From assembly GCA_964530035.1 (NCBI GenBank), contig CAZGXZ010000002.1, positions 1 to 33,954 on the forward strand: a DNA stretch of 33,954 bases, written 5' to 3'. Below, piece after piece: positions 7,917-17,404 of this stretch (position 1 is the stretch's first letter; each line of letters starts with the position of its first letter). Both the position numbers and the translations under genes were made by a program. The notes beneath the pieces are model-generated. The model saw only the letters and a program-made list of their open reading frames with translations, did no database searches and had not been told where the DNA came from. The DNA comes from an uncultured Methanoregulaceae archaeon (GTDB lineage Archaea; Halobacteriota; Methanomicrobia; Methanomicrobiales; Methanospirillaceae).

Positions 7917-9356
7917 TCAGAGGAAAGGAATAAGGGCGGATATTCCGGATTTTCCGATCTTATGGAGCCAGATCCTGCCCATGAACGTTATCTGGTTGTC
8001 TCTCACGAGGACTTCCCTGTTGAAATTCTCGTACCCGTCCATCTTCAGCGTGACAAGATACCGTCCCGGCTTCAGGTTCATGATCGTGGCTGGTGTCTGG
8101 CCGCTCAGGACATTATTGACATACACCCCTGCTCCCACAGGGACCGACCCGATTGAGATCCCCCCGTTACCCGCAGGGAGTGGGGAAGGGGTCGGCGTGG
8201 GAGTGGAGGAGGTCGGGACCACCGATGTAGGCACAACGGTGGTCGGGACCACCGTTGTCGGGCTCACGGTAGTCGTTCCCGTCGGGGTAGGGGTAGGGGT
8301 AGGTGAAGTTGTTGTTGGCGTCGGGGTGGGGGCCGATGTCTGTGTCGGCTGTGGCGATGACCCCTTCACCAGTGCAACATTACCGAGGTAGACCGTCTGC
8401 CCCTGGGATATTGTTATTGTGCGTGAAAAGGTCTGGTACCCCTCCTTCCATACCTGTACAAGGTGGGTCCCGACAGGGACGCCCTGGCCTATGAAGGTCG
8501 TGGTCCCTACTTTTACCCCGTCAAGATACACATTCGCCGGTGCCGGGCTCGATCCCACTGCAAAGCCGCCGGTCGCTACCGGGGGTACTGGCGTCGTGGG
8601 AGGAACGGTAGTAGGGACCGTGGTGGGTGTCGCTGTTGGTGTACTGGTTGTTGTTGCGGTAGGTGTGGGGGTCGCAGTGGTGGGCGTTGTCGTCACGGTT
8701 GTCGTCACCGTCGGCGTGGGTGTCGGCGTATCGGTGGCAGTTGCCGTGGGTGTCGGCGTACTGGTCGGGGTCGGAGTCGGGGTCGTCACCGTCGGCGTCG
8801 GTGTTGGCGTATCGGTGGCCGTAGCTGTGGGTGTCGGCGTACTGGTCGGGGTCGGAGTCGGGGTCGTCACCGTCGGCGTGGGTGTGACTCCGCCAACCGA
8901 TATGCTGCCGCCGGAGAATGTCACCGGTATGTCCGCTCCGTTCGTTGCCTTCAGCTCCCTGACGGTAACGCCGATCGAGGTGGATCCAGCTGACAGCCCC
9001 TGGACCTTCAGGGTGACGAGCGGGACATTGGTTGTGGGTGGCGGCTGGGTCGTATCAGCCAGGGCAGTAACGTTGACAGTACCGCTCGGGACCGCCGGGA
9101 TCGAATGGAATACCGGCCAGGAGGGGTAGGTCACCTGGGTGAATGTGGCAACCGAAGGATTGGCAACAGCTATCTGCAAGTCAAAATCAGCTATGCCTGG
9201 TGAAGCATCACTCAGGATCAAGGTTGTCGTGGCCTCACCGCCAGGGGCGACGATTATGTCGCCCATGGTGATCTGGGCTGCCGACGCAGTCGCCGAAAGG
9301 GCAACCGCCGAAAGCAGTACGATAATAAGTACGAGGAATGGTGGTTTCTGGATCAT
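7917..9356 (-). CDS. Secreted surface protein: signal peptide, cohesin-like domain, Pro/Thr linker, PEGA, Pro/Thr linker, PEGA (479 aa)
   Basis: Start moved to ATG 9356 (MIQKPPFLVLIIVLLSAVALSATASAA) after a GGAAGGAG RBS. PEGA motifs SSPAPANVYLDG...GTHLVQVWKEGY and SVPVGAGVYVNN...GRYLVTLKMDGY. The N-terminal all-beta domain resembles methanogen cohesins. Confidence 0.85.
   Translation of the reverse strand: MIQKPPFLVLIIVLLSAVALSATASAAQITMGDIIVAPGGEATTTLILSDASPGIADFDLQIAVANPSVATFTQVTYPSWPVFHSIPAVPSGTVNVTALADTTQPPPTTNVPLVTLKVQGLSAGSTSIGVTVRELKATNGADIPVTFSGGSISVGGVTPTPTVTTPTPTPTSTPTPTATATDTPTPTPTVTTPTPTPTSTPTPTATATDTPTPTPTVTTTVTTTPTTATPTPTATTTSTPTATPTTVPTTVPPTTPVPPVATGGFAVGSSPAPANVYLDGVKVGTTTFIGQGVPVGTHLVQVWKEGYQTFSRTITISQGQTVYLGNVALVKGSSPQPTQTSAPTPTPTTTSPTPTPTPTGTTTVSPTTVVPTTVVPTSVVPTSSTPTPTPSPLPAGNGGISIGSVPVGAGVYVNNVLSGQTPATIMNLKPGRYLVTLKMDGYENFNREVLVRDNQITFMGRIWLHKIGKSGISALIPFL
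8701..8885. repeat. 81-bp coding tandem repeat (~2.3 copies) in the Pro/Thr stalk
   Basis: GTCGTCACCGTCGGCGT recurs at 8701, 8782 and 8863; the unit encodes PTVTTPTPTPTSTPTPTATATDTPTPT. Confidence 0.9.
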
Positions 9357-9570
9357 ACGTCTCCTTCCTTCCATCTGCCCGGGGACCAGCGTGATCGGGC
9401 AAAACGGAAAATACGATGTAATACTTCTTTTGTTTTTTCTCCCATAATAAAGGTTTCCCCAAAATGTGTAAAATAACGGCCAGTTTTGTGGATCGAAGGC
9501 TGGGAATGCCCTGTTGATGAAGCGTGCAATATGTACGGGATCTTTCAATAGCCCAAAAAATGAGGCGGTA

Positions 9571-12500
9571 TCAGGGCCAGACCCCGAGATAATGGTTATA
9601 ATGGAGATAGACATCGTATGCAGTGATAAAACCGTCCCCATTATAGTCGATCATACCCACCGGCCAGTTTGCCTGGATGGTCGGGAGGTAGTTGAAGAAC
9701 AGGTAGACGTCGTACAGCTCAAACTTCCCGTTCCCGTCCATGTCATCGATCAGCCCGTCACCATCGGTATCCCAGGGTATGTTCGTCCCGGGAGCTCCCG
9801 TCGTGAAAGAGGCAAGCGGGGGATAATTGTAGAACTCGAACTGGACCGGGACACGGGTCAGGGTATACGCCACGCCGTTATCCCCCCGGACTTCCGTCCG
9901 CGAACCTGGTGCATATTCCATGTCAAGTATCACGGTAGCGACGGTACCGGTTACTGGGCTGGAATTTGTCACATTAATCGAACCGAACGGCACTCTCCCA
10001 TAGCCATAGCTGATGTAATCGTACCCGTCAATTCCGGTGAAATTGACATATTCTGACGGGAGGGGTGGAACGTACGAGAAGTACGTAGGTCCGTAGTACG
10101 GCGGGAACCAGACGGGAGCATTGATCTGGTCGTATACTGACGATCCGAACTGGCCGACCCCCGAAGTTGTAAACCATGAGTAGACATTATAGGATGCAAC
10201 CCCTGCATCCGCCTGGGAGAGGTGGAACGTTCCCATGAGCGGTCTTCCCGCAACCGTTCTGTTCGTTGTGGTGTTGAAGAACAGGGTCGCGTTCATGTCA
10301 ACGTTCCTCGGGGTGAAGAACGCCGAAATGTTCGTCGAGTTCGAACAGCCACAGGCGTTCGTCACCGTCAGGTTGACCCAGTAGGGTGTCCCGATCGTGT
10401 AGAACGAACTGTTGATATTGACCTGCACGCTCTGGCCGCTCCGGCTCAGCGATCCGGAATCGGTCGCAATAACCCAGTCCCACGCGACATTGGTCCCGGG
10501 GGTGTTGTCCGTAAAGGTAAGGGTCTGACCAAGGACCGGGGTCAGGTTGGACGCTGTGAAGTTCGGGACGGGTGAGGAACAGACGGTAACTGGCCAGGTT
10601 GCTGTCGATGACCCGTCGGAGTTCGTGACCGTAAGCCTGACATTGTATGTCCTCGTGATGTTCGGGAACGTATGGACAATGAATGACTGGTAAGTTGCGG
10701 TTGTAAAGGTCGTCGTGTTCCCGTCATCGAAGTTCCACGACCAGTAGGTCGGCAGTCCTCCGGAAGAGAGGTCGGTGAAGTTCACGATGACCGGCATGCA
10801 CCCTCCGGTGGAGTTCGCCGTCATTTGAGCGGTCGGTGCCGCAGTTCCCACCTTGAGGATGAAGGCGTCCCTCGGGTTGCCGCCGTATGTCTGCTGGAAC
10901 CCGCCGCGTGCTCCTCCGGGGAACATGCCAAAGAAGTCGTAGCTCTCGGTGAACCCGGTGATATACGCCGACCCTTCACTGTCAAGGGCTATTGCATTGG
11001 CCTCGTCGTTGCAGCAGCCTCCGAATGGTGTGGCAAAGGTGTAGAATGTCCCGGTCGGGTTGATCTTGACCAAAAATCCATCGGTGAGGTTGACCTTCCA
11101 TATCCAGGGGTTTCTCCATCCCTGGCAGAACTCGTTCGAGTTGGTGGCGCCGGTGACATACGAATAGCCGCTTCCGTCCACTGCGATGCCGTTGCCGCTG
11201 TCACCCTGGATTCCTCCGAGGTAGGTGGAATACGCCCCTCCGCCTGACAACGACCCGTCACAGTTGAACTTTGTCACAAAGGCGTCGGGGATGGAGACAT
11301 CGTGGTTGCACTTTGTCGGCTGGAAGACCCCTGCCGTAATCGGGAAATCAACTGATGTCGTCTTCCCGGTGACATATGGTTCGCCCTGCGGGTTGACATC
11401 GATCGCCTGTCCCCAGTCCTCGGCATATCCTCCAAGGTAGGTGGAATAGATCGGGAACCCGGTTGTGTTCATCTTGGTGATGAAGGCATCGGTGAACCCA
11501 TGGATCATCGGCTGGTACTGATTCTTGAGCGGGTAGTCGCCAGACTTGGTGAACCCCGTGATGTAGGCGTTCGTCTCGAAGTCAAGGGCAATTGCCCTTC
11601 CCTGGTCATCGCCCGTCCCGCCGAGGTATGTTGAATAGACAAGGCTGCTCCCGGTAGGGTCGATCTTGGTGAGGAAAGCGTCCTTGAACTGGGATGGGGA
11701 CGGGTCGTTGCCCTTCAGCTGCTGGAACGCCTGGCCGACCGGGTAGGTCGGGAAATTGTTCGAGTAGGTGTCACCCGTGACATAGGCATTGCCGCCAGAA
11801 TCAACCTTTATCCCGAGGCCCTGGTCATGATCGGCACCTCCGAGGAATGTCGAATAGCTGTCACCGTAGGAGGGGGGGATCGAGTTGATCTGGCCTGAAG
11901 CATTGAGTTTTAGGATAAACGCGTCGTATCCTCCCCGGAGAGTTCCCTGGTAGGGGTTGCCCGAGATAGGGAAGTTCAGCGAGGCTGTTTTACCGGTTAC
12001 ATAGGGTGACCCGGTGCTGTCCACGGCAATCGCAAGGCCCTGGTCATCGTTGTTACCGCCGTAGTAGGTAGAGTAGACGATGTCAGCCCAGGTACCGTTG
12101 TAACCGATCTTGGTGATGAAGGCGTCGCGGAGACCGTTGCAGGTGCTCCCCGAACAGCCACCGATAGATGTCCAGTTCCTCGTCGGGAAATTCGAAGACT
12201 GGGTATACCCGGTCAGGTAGGCATTGCCGTTTACGTCCACGGCTATACCGGTACCCGAGTCCTCGTTATCGCCGCCCAGGTACGACCCATAGACGAGGGA
12301 GGGGTCGATGACGAGCTCACGGGATGTATCATATTGACCCACTAGGAACCCTACCCGGTTCGCGTCAAGTATGACATATGAAGAAGATACCGGGACCCGG
12401 GTATCTCCGGTCACCTGGTAGCTGAGCGGGGCCTGCTCGGTGAGGCTCCCGGACGGGGTCGTGACCGTGAGTGAGCCGTCATGGTTCAGCCTGAGTGAGC

Positions 12501-13002
12501 TGATCCCCTCGTATTTCATCACTATTCCCGTTGGAGAGACACCCGGGGCCACGATGAACTCACGCTTCAGGACTCCGTCGGTTCCCTTGTATACCTGGTC
12601 GATCCCGGGAAGGACGTCCCTGTAGACAATTGCGCCGTACGTCGGGACATCCAGGTACCATTTTGACGGGTCGTCGCCGATAATGAAGTTCGCGACACCC
12701 GGCAGGAGGCCCTCGCCTTCGACAACGGATGGGTTCTGGCCATCGACGCCAAAGGTAAAAGCCGCCGGCCCATCGACCCCTTCACTCACGAGATAGGCCT
12801 TGTCAGGGGCAAAAACAATCGAATACCCTGCCCCGCCGGCGGTAAAGGCGACCCCCGGGTCTGCTTGCCCAATGTTCTTGATAAAACTCAGCGGTACTTT
12901 CGAAAGACTCACTGAAGGCTGTTCATCGGCGGATACAAAGGTTCCCGCAAAGAACAGGAGAAGTACAACTGCCACGAGTGGCATACACGCTCTGCCATTC
13001 AT
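9571..13002 (-). CDS. Large secreted surface protein: signal peptide, N-terminal domain, seven SBBP beta-propeller repeats, two PKD domains, cohesin-like domain, C-terminal dockerin-like module
   Basis: PLSFIKNIGQ N-terminus; seven YSTYLGG..D.G..IAVD..G..YVTG.T.S..FP-type repeats; PKD motif VNFTDLSSGGLPTYWSWNFDDG; paired Ca-loops DMDGNGKFELYD and DYNGDGFITAYD. ATG 13002 is preceded by GGTGA. Confidence 0.88.
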   Translation of the reverse strand: MNGRACMPLVAVVLLLFFAGTFVSADEQPSVSLSKVPLSFIKNIGQADPGVAFTAGGAGYSIVFAPDKAYLVSEGVDGPAAFTFGVDGQNPSVVEGEGLLPGVANFIIGDDPSKWYLDVPTYGAIVYRDVLPGIDQVYKGTDGVLKREFIVAPGVSPTGIVMKYEGISSLRLNHDGSLTVTTPSGSLTEQAPLSYQVTGDTRVPVSSSYVILDANRVGFLVGQYDTSRELVIDPSLVYGSYLGGDNEDSGTGIAVDVNGNAYLTGYTQSSNFPTRNWTSIGGCSGSTCNGLRDAFITKIGYNGTWADIVYSTYYGGNNDDQGLAIAVDSTGSPYVTGKTASLNFPISGNPYQGTLRGGYDAFILKLNASGQINSIPPSYGDSYSTFLGGADHDQGLGIKVDSGGNAYVTGDTYSNNFPTYPVGQAFQQLKGNDPSPSQFKDAFLTKIDPTGSSLVYSTYLGGTGDDQGRAIALDFETNAYITGFTKSGDYPLKNQYQPMIHGFTDAFITKMNTTGFPIYSTYLGGYAEDWGQAIDVNPQGEPYVTGKTTSVDFPITAGVFQPTKCNHDVSIPDAFVTKFNCDGSLSGGGAYSTYLGGIQGDSGNGIAVDGSGYSYVTGATNSNEFCQGWRNPWIWKVNLTDGFLVKINPTGTFYTFATPFGGCCNDEANAIALDSEGSAYITGFTESYDFFGMFPGGARGGFQQTYGGNPRDAFILKVGTAAPTAQMTANSTGGCMPVIVNFTDLSSGGLPTYWSWNFDDGNTTTFTTATYQSFIVHTFPNITRTYNVRLTVTNSDGSSTATWPVTVCSSPVPNFTASNLTPVLGQTLTFTDNTPGTNVAWDWVIATDSGSLSRSGQSVQVNINSSFYTIGTPYWVNLTVTNACGCSNSTNISAFFTPRNVDMNATLFFNTTTNRTVAGRPLMGTFHLSQADAGVASYNVYSWFTTSGVGQFGSSVYDQINAPVWFPPYYGPTYFSYVPPLPSEYVNFTGIDGYDYISYGYGRVPFGSINVTNSSPVTGTVATVILDMEYAPGSRTEVRGDNGVAYTLTRVPVQFEFYNYPPLASFTTGAPGTNIPWDTDGDGLIDDMDGNGKFELYDVYLFFNYLPTIQANWPVGMIDYNGDGFITAYDVYLHYNHYLGVWP

Positions 13003-13322
13003 CACCAATCACCACGAAGTCACATCCGGCCGGCCGGCATTGCACCAGCTGCCGGGCGGCAGGGAAGGGGGAGGACATGATATGTGCATGCCTCAAAGCA
13101 CCGGACACGCTCGTGTGTCCATCAATTACCCTGATTTCATACTACCGGCTGGCCGCGGGCGCCATGAAGGATCCGGATATGCTATTTGCACAACCTCTCT
13201 TTATCATAGTATATGAACGTTGCTCCAATTGATTTGTATTGATGCGAACCGTCCGAAAAAACACCGGTTCTTCCCTTTTTATAATGATTCGCCCTCAACA
13301 CCGGCGGCCCCCTGGCGGATGG

Positions 13323-15023
13323 TCATGCCCGGGCTATGGTAATGATCTCGACCTCCTGTCCCCACATGTATATACCCATACCCCCTTCATCCGGTCTGAC
13401 GGTCGCAGAAACCTGCAGACCGTCTTTCTTCCATAGAGAACCCAGGTTAACCGGGTGATACCGTGACCCGTTCTTCCCGACAATGCCATAGAAACCTCCC
13501 TCGAGGTCGATATACCGGACGGTGCCCAGCAGGCTGAAAACTTCGCTATCAGGCTTGCGTGTGAAGGTGACAAGAGTTGCCCCGTCAGGCCCGAATGCGG
13601 TGAGCACGCTGTTATCAACGCTCAACCTTGTCGTCTTTCCAAAGGTACCAAGATACAGGCTCTCCTGGTCCATGACTCCATCAGGGGAGTTGCAATACAT
13701 CCGCGTTGACACAAGTGGCGAGAGGGATACCGTTCCCCCTTCCTGAACCGTGATCGATCCGCCATACAGGTTACAGCCGGCTTTCCCGGAAACCGTCCCG
13801 TTTTCCGCTATCATGAGGGTGATTTCTGAACCGGCAACGAGGGGAACCATCTTCCCGGTGCGGCTCCTGACCGAGTCGGTGTTCCAGGTTGTCCCGGAAA
13901 TTCCTTCGAGGACTGGTTTTGTTCGGGCACCAGTCCTTTCGAACACCACGGTCGGAGAACCTGAAGCATCATATCCTGATAGCAGACCATCACCAGGAAT
14001 AAACTGGGTCGTTTTCTCTAGAAGAGCAAGATATCGTGTTTCCTGGGCCATCACGCCAGAACGGCTGCAATACATCTCTGTTGAATACATCGGACCGAAA
14101 ACGACAGCCCCGTCAGAGCCCCGGGTAACCGTTCCTCCGTACTGGTTGCAGCCGGCTTTTCCTGTGATGCTATCGCTGCTGATGGACAGGGTCACTTCTG
14201 TTCCCTCGAGAACGGGGCTCATCCGGCCTTTTTCAGAGACCATACTGTTTAAAAGATATGTCCCGGTGAGGTCCACGGGCCCATGGCCGGCAGACCCGTT
14301 CGGCGTGTTCATGATGATCCCAAGAAGCTCAAGCACAGGTTCCAGCTGTCGAGGAACTGCGGTGTCCTCCGTGATGATGGTTTTTCCACCGTACGTGGTG
14401 GTGTACCTGAATGCATCTGCCACGGGTCTTGTTGAAAGAGACCTGTCCTTAAGACGCTTGAAGCCGGATTTTTCAAGTGCCGACCTCAGGTCTTCCATCA
14501 GTGCAGGTTCCAGGGTGAACCGGTCGATCCTGCCTTTCTGGTCAAGGAGCACAGTACCGTTCGGATAGACCGCCATCTTGTCTGAAAAACCGGCGAACCC
14601 CCCGGTCCTTTCATACACGACAAGAGGGACCTGACCTGCAGGTGTCGTCATAGTCCTTTCCCTGATGGAAATGATGGTCACCGGGAGACCCCACATCTGG
14701 ACATCCGACTGGTTTCTTGCAGGGACCATCTTCACGGTGACACCAAGTCCGTCATATGCGAAGCGTTTTGCGAGGCTCTTCGGGACATACCTTGAGCCGT
14801 CTTCTGCAATAATCCCGTAAAAACCCCCTTCCAGGTCTACGTAGGCAACGGTTGCATCGGCCGTAATAGCTTGTGATAGTGATGACGGCGATAGGACCCT
14901 GGATGAAGCCGCTGCAGAAGCAGCCGAAACCGGATACAATACGATTGTACTGGCCACAAGGATGAAGAGCAGAATGATCCAATGAAATTGACGCGCGCTT
15001 TTTCCTGGCACCCTGAACGACAT
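13323..15023 (-). CDS. Secreted multidomain protein with two META (HslJ) domains, an emfourin-like domain and terminal 'DLEGGFYGI' repeat domains
   Basis: Hydrophobic N-terminus; META motifs GKAGCNQYGG...STEMYC...QETRYL and GKAGCNLYGG...STRMYC...QESLYL; YERTGGFAG...ADAFRY; VDLEGGFYGII and IDLEGGFYGIV at the two ends. Confidence 0.8.
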   Translation of the reverse strand: MSFRVPGKSARQFHWIILLFILVASTIVLYPVSAASAAASSRVLSPSSLSQAITADATVAYVDLEGGFYGIIAEDGSRYVPKSLAKRFAYDGLGVTVKMVPARNQSDVQMWGLPVTIISIRERTMTTPAGQVPLVVYERTGGFAGFSDKMAVYPNGTVLLDQKGRIDRFTLEPALMEDLRSALEKSGFKRLKDRSLSTRPVADAFRYTTTYGGKTIITEDTAVPRQLEPVLELLGIIMNTPNGSAGHGPVDLTGTYLLNSMVSEKGRMSPVLEGTEVTLSISSDSITGKAGCNQYGGTVTRGSDGAVVFGPMYSTEMYCSRSGVMAQETRYLALLEKTTQFIPGDGLLSGYDASGSPTVVFERTGARTKPVLEGISGTTWNTDSVRSRTGKMVPLVAGSEITLMIAENGTVSGKAGCNLYGGSITVQEGGTVSLSPLVSTRMYCNSPDGVMDQESLYLGTFGKTTRLSVDNSVLTAFGPDGATLVTFTRKPDSEVFSLLGTVRYIDLEGGFYGIVGKNGSRYHPVNLGSLWKKDGLQVSATVRPDEGGMGIYMWGQEVEIITIARA

Positions 15024-15285
15024 AGGAGACTCCTTGAAAGATATAAACGGCCCTCTTTAATGGGATTGTGTTGAGTGCAACCGTTTTTGCATCTATGGTC
15101 AGTCGCTCCCTGATAATGCGTTTCTTCTCCGGCCGCCGGAGGGACGATGAATTGGAACGCGAGTTTGATTAACCTTTAATCACGGGGAAAGTTGTCATGG
15201 AACCTGTTTTTACCCGGGATTAAATATAAGCCGGACCATAGCAAACATAATTTACCGCAAGTGCGGTACGAACAGGTGATTTGTC

Positions 15286-15789
15286 ATGGTTTTACTTGCA
15301 AATGCCGCGGTTGGCATACTCCAGCTCATCATAGCTATCATACTCGCGGTAATAGCACTCTATATCGGTTTCTCAGTACTTGGACGGATTTTCAAGGATC
15401 TGAACCTTCAGAAGGAACTGACGAGGGGTAATACGGCAGTCGGGATAATCGTCGCCGCAGTCTTCTTTGCCATCGCCCTTGTCGTCCAGTCAGGGGTCAC
15501 CGGGATTACGAACGGACTTCAATCGGCCATCACGTCAGGGCTTTTCTCTGTTGACGGGATGCTCGCCATCGGGACCGCAATCTTCCAGCTTGTACTCGGT
15601 ATCGTCCTTGCGATTCTCGCCATATACATAGCTCTCGCAGTCCTTGACAGGCTGACCAAGGGAATAGAGGAGTTCGAGGAACTCAGGAAGGGAAACGTTG
15701 CCGTGGCCCTTGAAATGGCAGCGGTAATCGTTGCCGTTGCAGTCATCATCCAGTCCGGGGTCATGGGCATTACAGCCGCCCTTATCTGA
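15286..15789 (+). CDS. DUF350-family membrane protein with two internal repeats
   Basis: Four hydrophobic segments; duplicated ELTRGNTAVG and ELRKGNVAVA motifs; AGGTGA RBS before the ATG. Confidence 0.85.
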   Translation: MVLLANAAVGILQLIIAIILAVIALYIGFSVLGRIFKDLNLQKELTRGNTAVGIIVAAVFFAIALVVQSGVTGITNGLQSAITSGLFSVDGMLAIGTAIFQLVLGIVLAILAIYIALAVLDRLTKGIEEFEELRKGNVAVALEMAAVIVAVAVIIQSGVMGITAALI

Positions 15790-15892
15790 ATACACTTCCA
15801 GTTTCTTTTTTTCGATAGAATTCCTGTCAGAGACCTGCCCTGGCCGTACCTCCAGGGATAACCGCAAAAAAACAGGGAAAATAGCTTCCGGT

Positions 15893-17404
15893 CTACTCGG
15901 ATGATTCCTTGTCAGGGATCTCCATTGTTTCCCTCCGCATCGAGGGAAACAGGATGACCTCCTTTATCGAGCTGTTTCCGGTGAGCAGCATGACCAGGCG
16001 GTCTATCCCGATACCCACCCCGCCCGTCGGGGGCATTCCGTGGGCAAGGGCCGTGATGAAGTCATGGTCGATCATCTGTGCTTCCAGGTCGCCGTGCCGG
16101 CGTTTATCGTCCTGCTCCCTGAACCGCTCTCTCTGGTCAACCGGGTCGTTCAGTTCTGAAAAACCGTTTGCAAGTTCCATCCCGCACACGAACAGTTCGA
16201 AACGCTCTACATATCCCTCTTTTTCACGGTGGCGTTTCGCAAGGGGAGAGTTTTCCACCGGGAAGTCCTGGATGAAGACCGGCTGGACCAGTTGTTTTTC
16301 GACCAGTTCTTCGAACAGGATGACGAGCATTTCACGTACACAGGTGGCCTTCTCATACTCCTCGACCTTCCGTTCCCTTGCGATTTTTCTAAGGTCATCA
16401 AGGGATGAAACCGAGATATCGATTCCGGCGAACTGGAGGACCGCATCGGACATGCTGATGCGTTTCCAGGGGGGCTTGAAGTGAAGTTCCTGTCCATCGT
16501 ACATGACATCGTAGCTGCCGTGGACGCGGAAGACGATCGTTGAGATCATTTCCTCGGTGAGCGCCATCATGTCCAGGTAATCACGGTAGGCCTCGTATAT
16601 CTCCACCATCGAGAACTCGGGATTGTGTTTCGTATCGACGTCCTCGTTCCTGAAATTCCTGGCTATCTCGTATACTTTCTCGAACCCACCGACGACGAGC
16701 CGTTTCAGATACAGTTCAGGGGCGATGCGGAGGAACAGGTTCTGGTCGAGGAAGTTGTGGTAGGTCGTGAATGGCCTGGCGTTGGCACCGCCGTACACGG
16801 GCTGGAGGATGGGCGTTTCAAACTCGAGAAAACCCCTTTCATTCAGGAATTCCCGGATATGGGCGATGATCCCCGACCTGGTCCTGAAGATCTTCCTGCT
16901 CTCCTCGTTTACGATAAGGTCGAGGTAGCGCTGCCTGTACCGTTTTTCGACGTCCCGAAGACCGTGGAACTTCTCAGGGAGGGCACAGAGTGCCTTGGAG
17001 AGGAGGACGATGTCATCCACCCATAATGTGAGCTCCCCCACCTTCGTGGTGAACAGGTGGCCGCTGACACCTACGATGTCTCCGCGCTCGATGTACCGGT
17101 TGAAAAACCCAAATTTTTCATCCCCGATGTCGTTTTTCCTGATGTACAGCTGGAGCCTGCCCGTCTCATCGGTTATATCGGTAAAAATGGTCTTTCCATG
17201 GTTCCGTGGTGTCGACAGCCTGCCTGCAGTGCTGACCCGCTCGCTGCTTTTTTCATGGCCGGCACCAGCGAACGACTCCCTGATTTCAGATATCCTGTGT
17301 GTCCTTTCATACTTTGGAGGGAAAAGGGGATAGTCCTGGTCTTTCAGCTCCTCCATTCTGGCGAGGCGCTGCTCGTCCATGTTCTGGGTCTCTGCGGGGT
17401 CCAT
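15893..17404 (-). CDS. lysS: Lysine--tRNA ligase, class II
   Basis: OB-fold; LPEKFHGLRDVEKRYRQRYLDL; GGANARPFTT; LRIAPELYLKRLVVGG; motif 2 RNFRNE...HNPEF; motif 3 GMPPTGGVGIGIDRL. Confidence 0.98.
   Translation of the reverse strand: MDPAETQNMDEQRLARMEELKDQDYPLFPPKYERTHRISEIRESFAGAGHEKSSERVSTAGRLSTPRNHGKTIFTDITDETGRLQLYIRKNDIGDEKFGFFNRYIERGDIVGVSGHLFTTKVGELTLWVDDIVLLSKALCALPEKFHGLRDVEKRYRQRYLDLIVNEESRKIFRTRSGIIAHIREFLNERGFLEFETPILQPVYGGANARPFTTYHNFLDQNLFLRIAPELYLKRLVVGGFEKVYEIARNFRNEDVDTKHNPEFSMVEIYEAYRDYLDMMALTEEMISTIVFRVHGSYDVMYDGQELHFKPPWKRISMSDAVLQFAGIDISVSSLDDLRKIARERKVEEYEKATCVREMLVILFEELVEKQLVQPVFIQDFPVENSPLAKRHREKEGYVERFELFVCGMELANGFSELNDPVDQRERFREQDDKRRHGDLEAQMIDHDFITALAHGMPPTGGVGIGIDRLVMLLTGNSSIKEVILFPSMRRETMEIPDKESSE

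Noticed and set aside
8701..8885. CRISPR-like periodic repeat
   Set aside because: The units are contiguous, in frame and coding, with no unique spacers and no cas genes.
8419..9129. Val/Gly-rich 236-aa plus-strand ORF and similar ORFs at 7981 and 8463
   Set aside because: Reverse-complement reading of the Pro/Thr linkers of the PEGA protein.
9357..9641. N-terminal extensions given by the ORF track (also 1356-1664, 22835-22879 and 29895-29969)
   Set aside because: They overlap neighbouring genes or precede the signal peptide and RBS; the downstream starts fit better.
9571..10295. Diversity-generating retroelement target (Tyr-rich C-terminus)
   Set aside because: No reverse transcriptase and no near-identical template repeat seen in the window.
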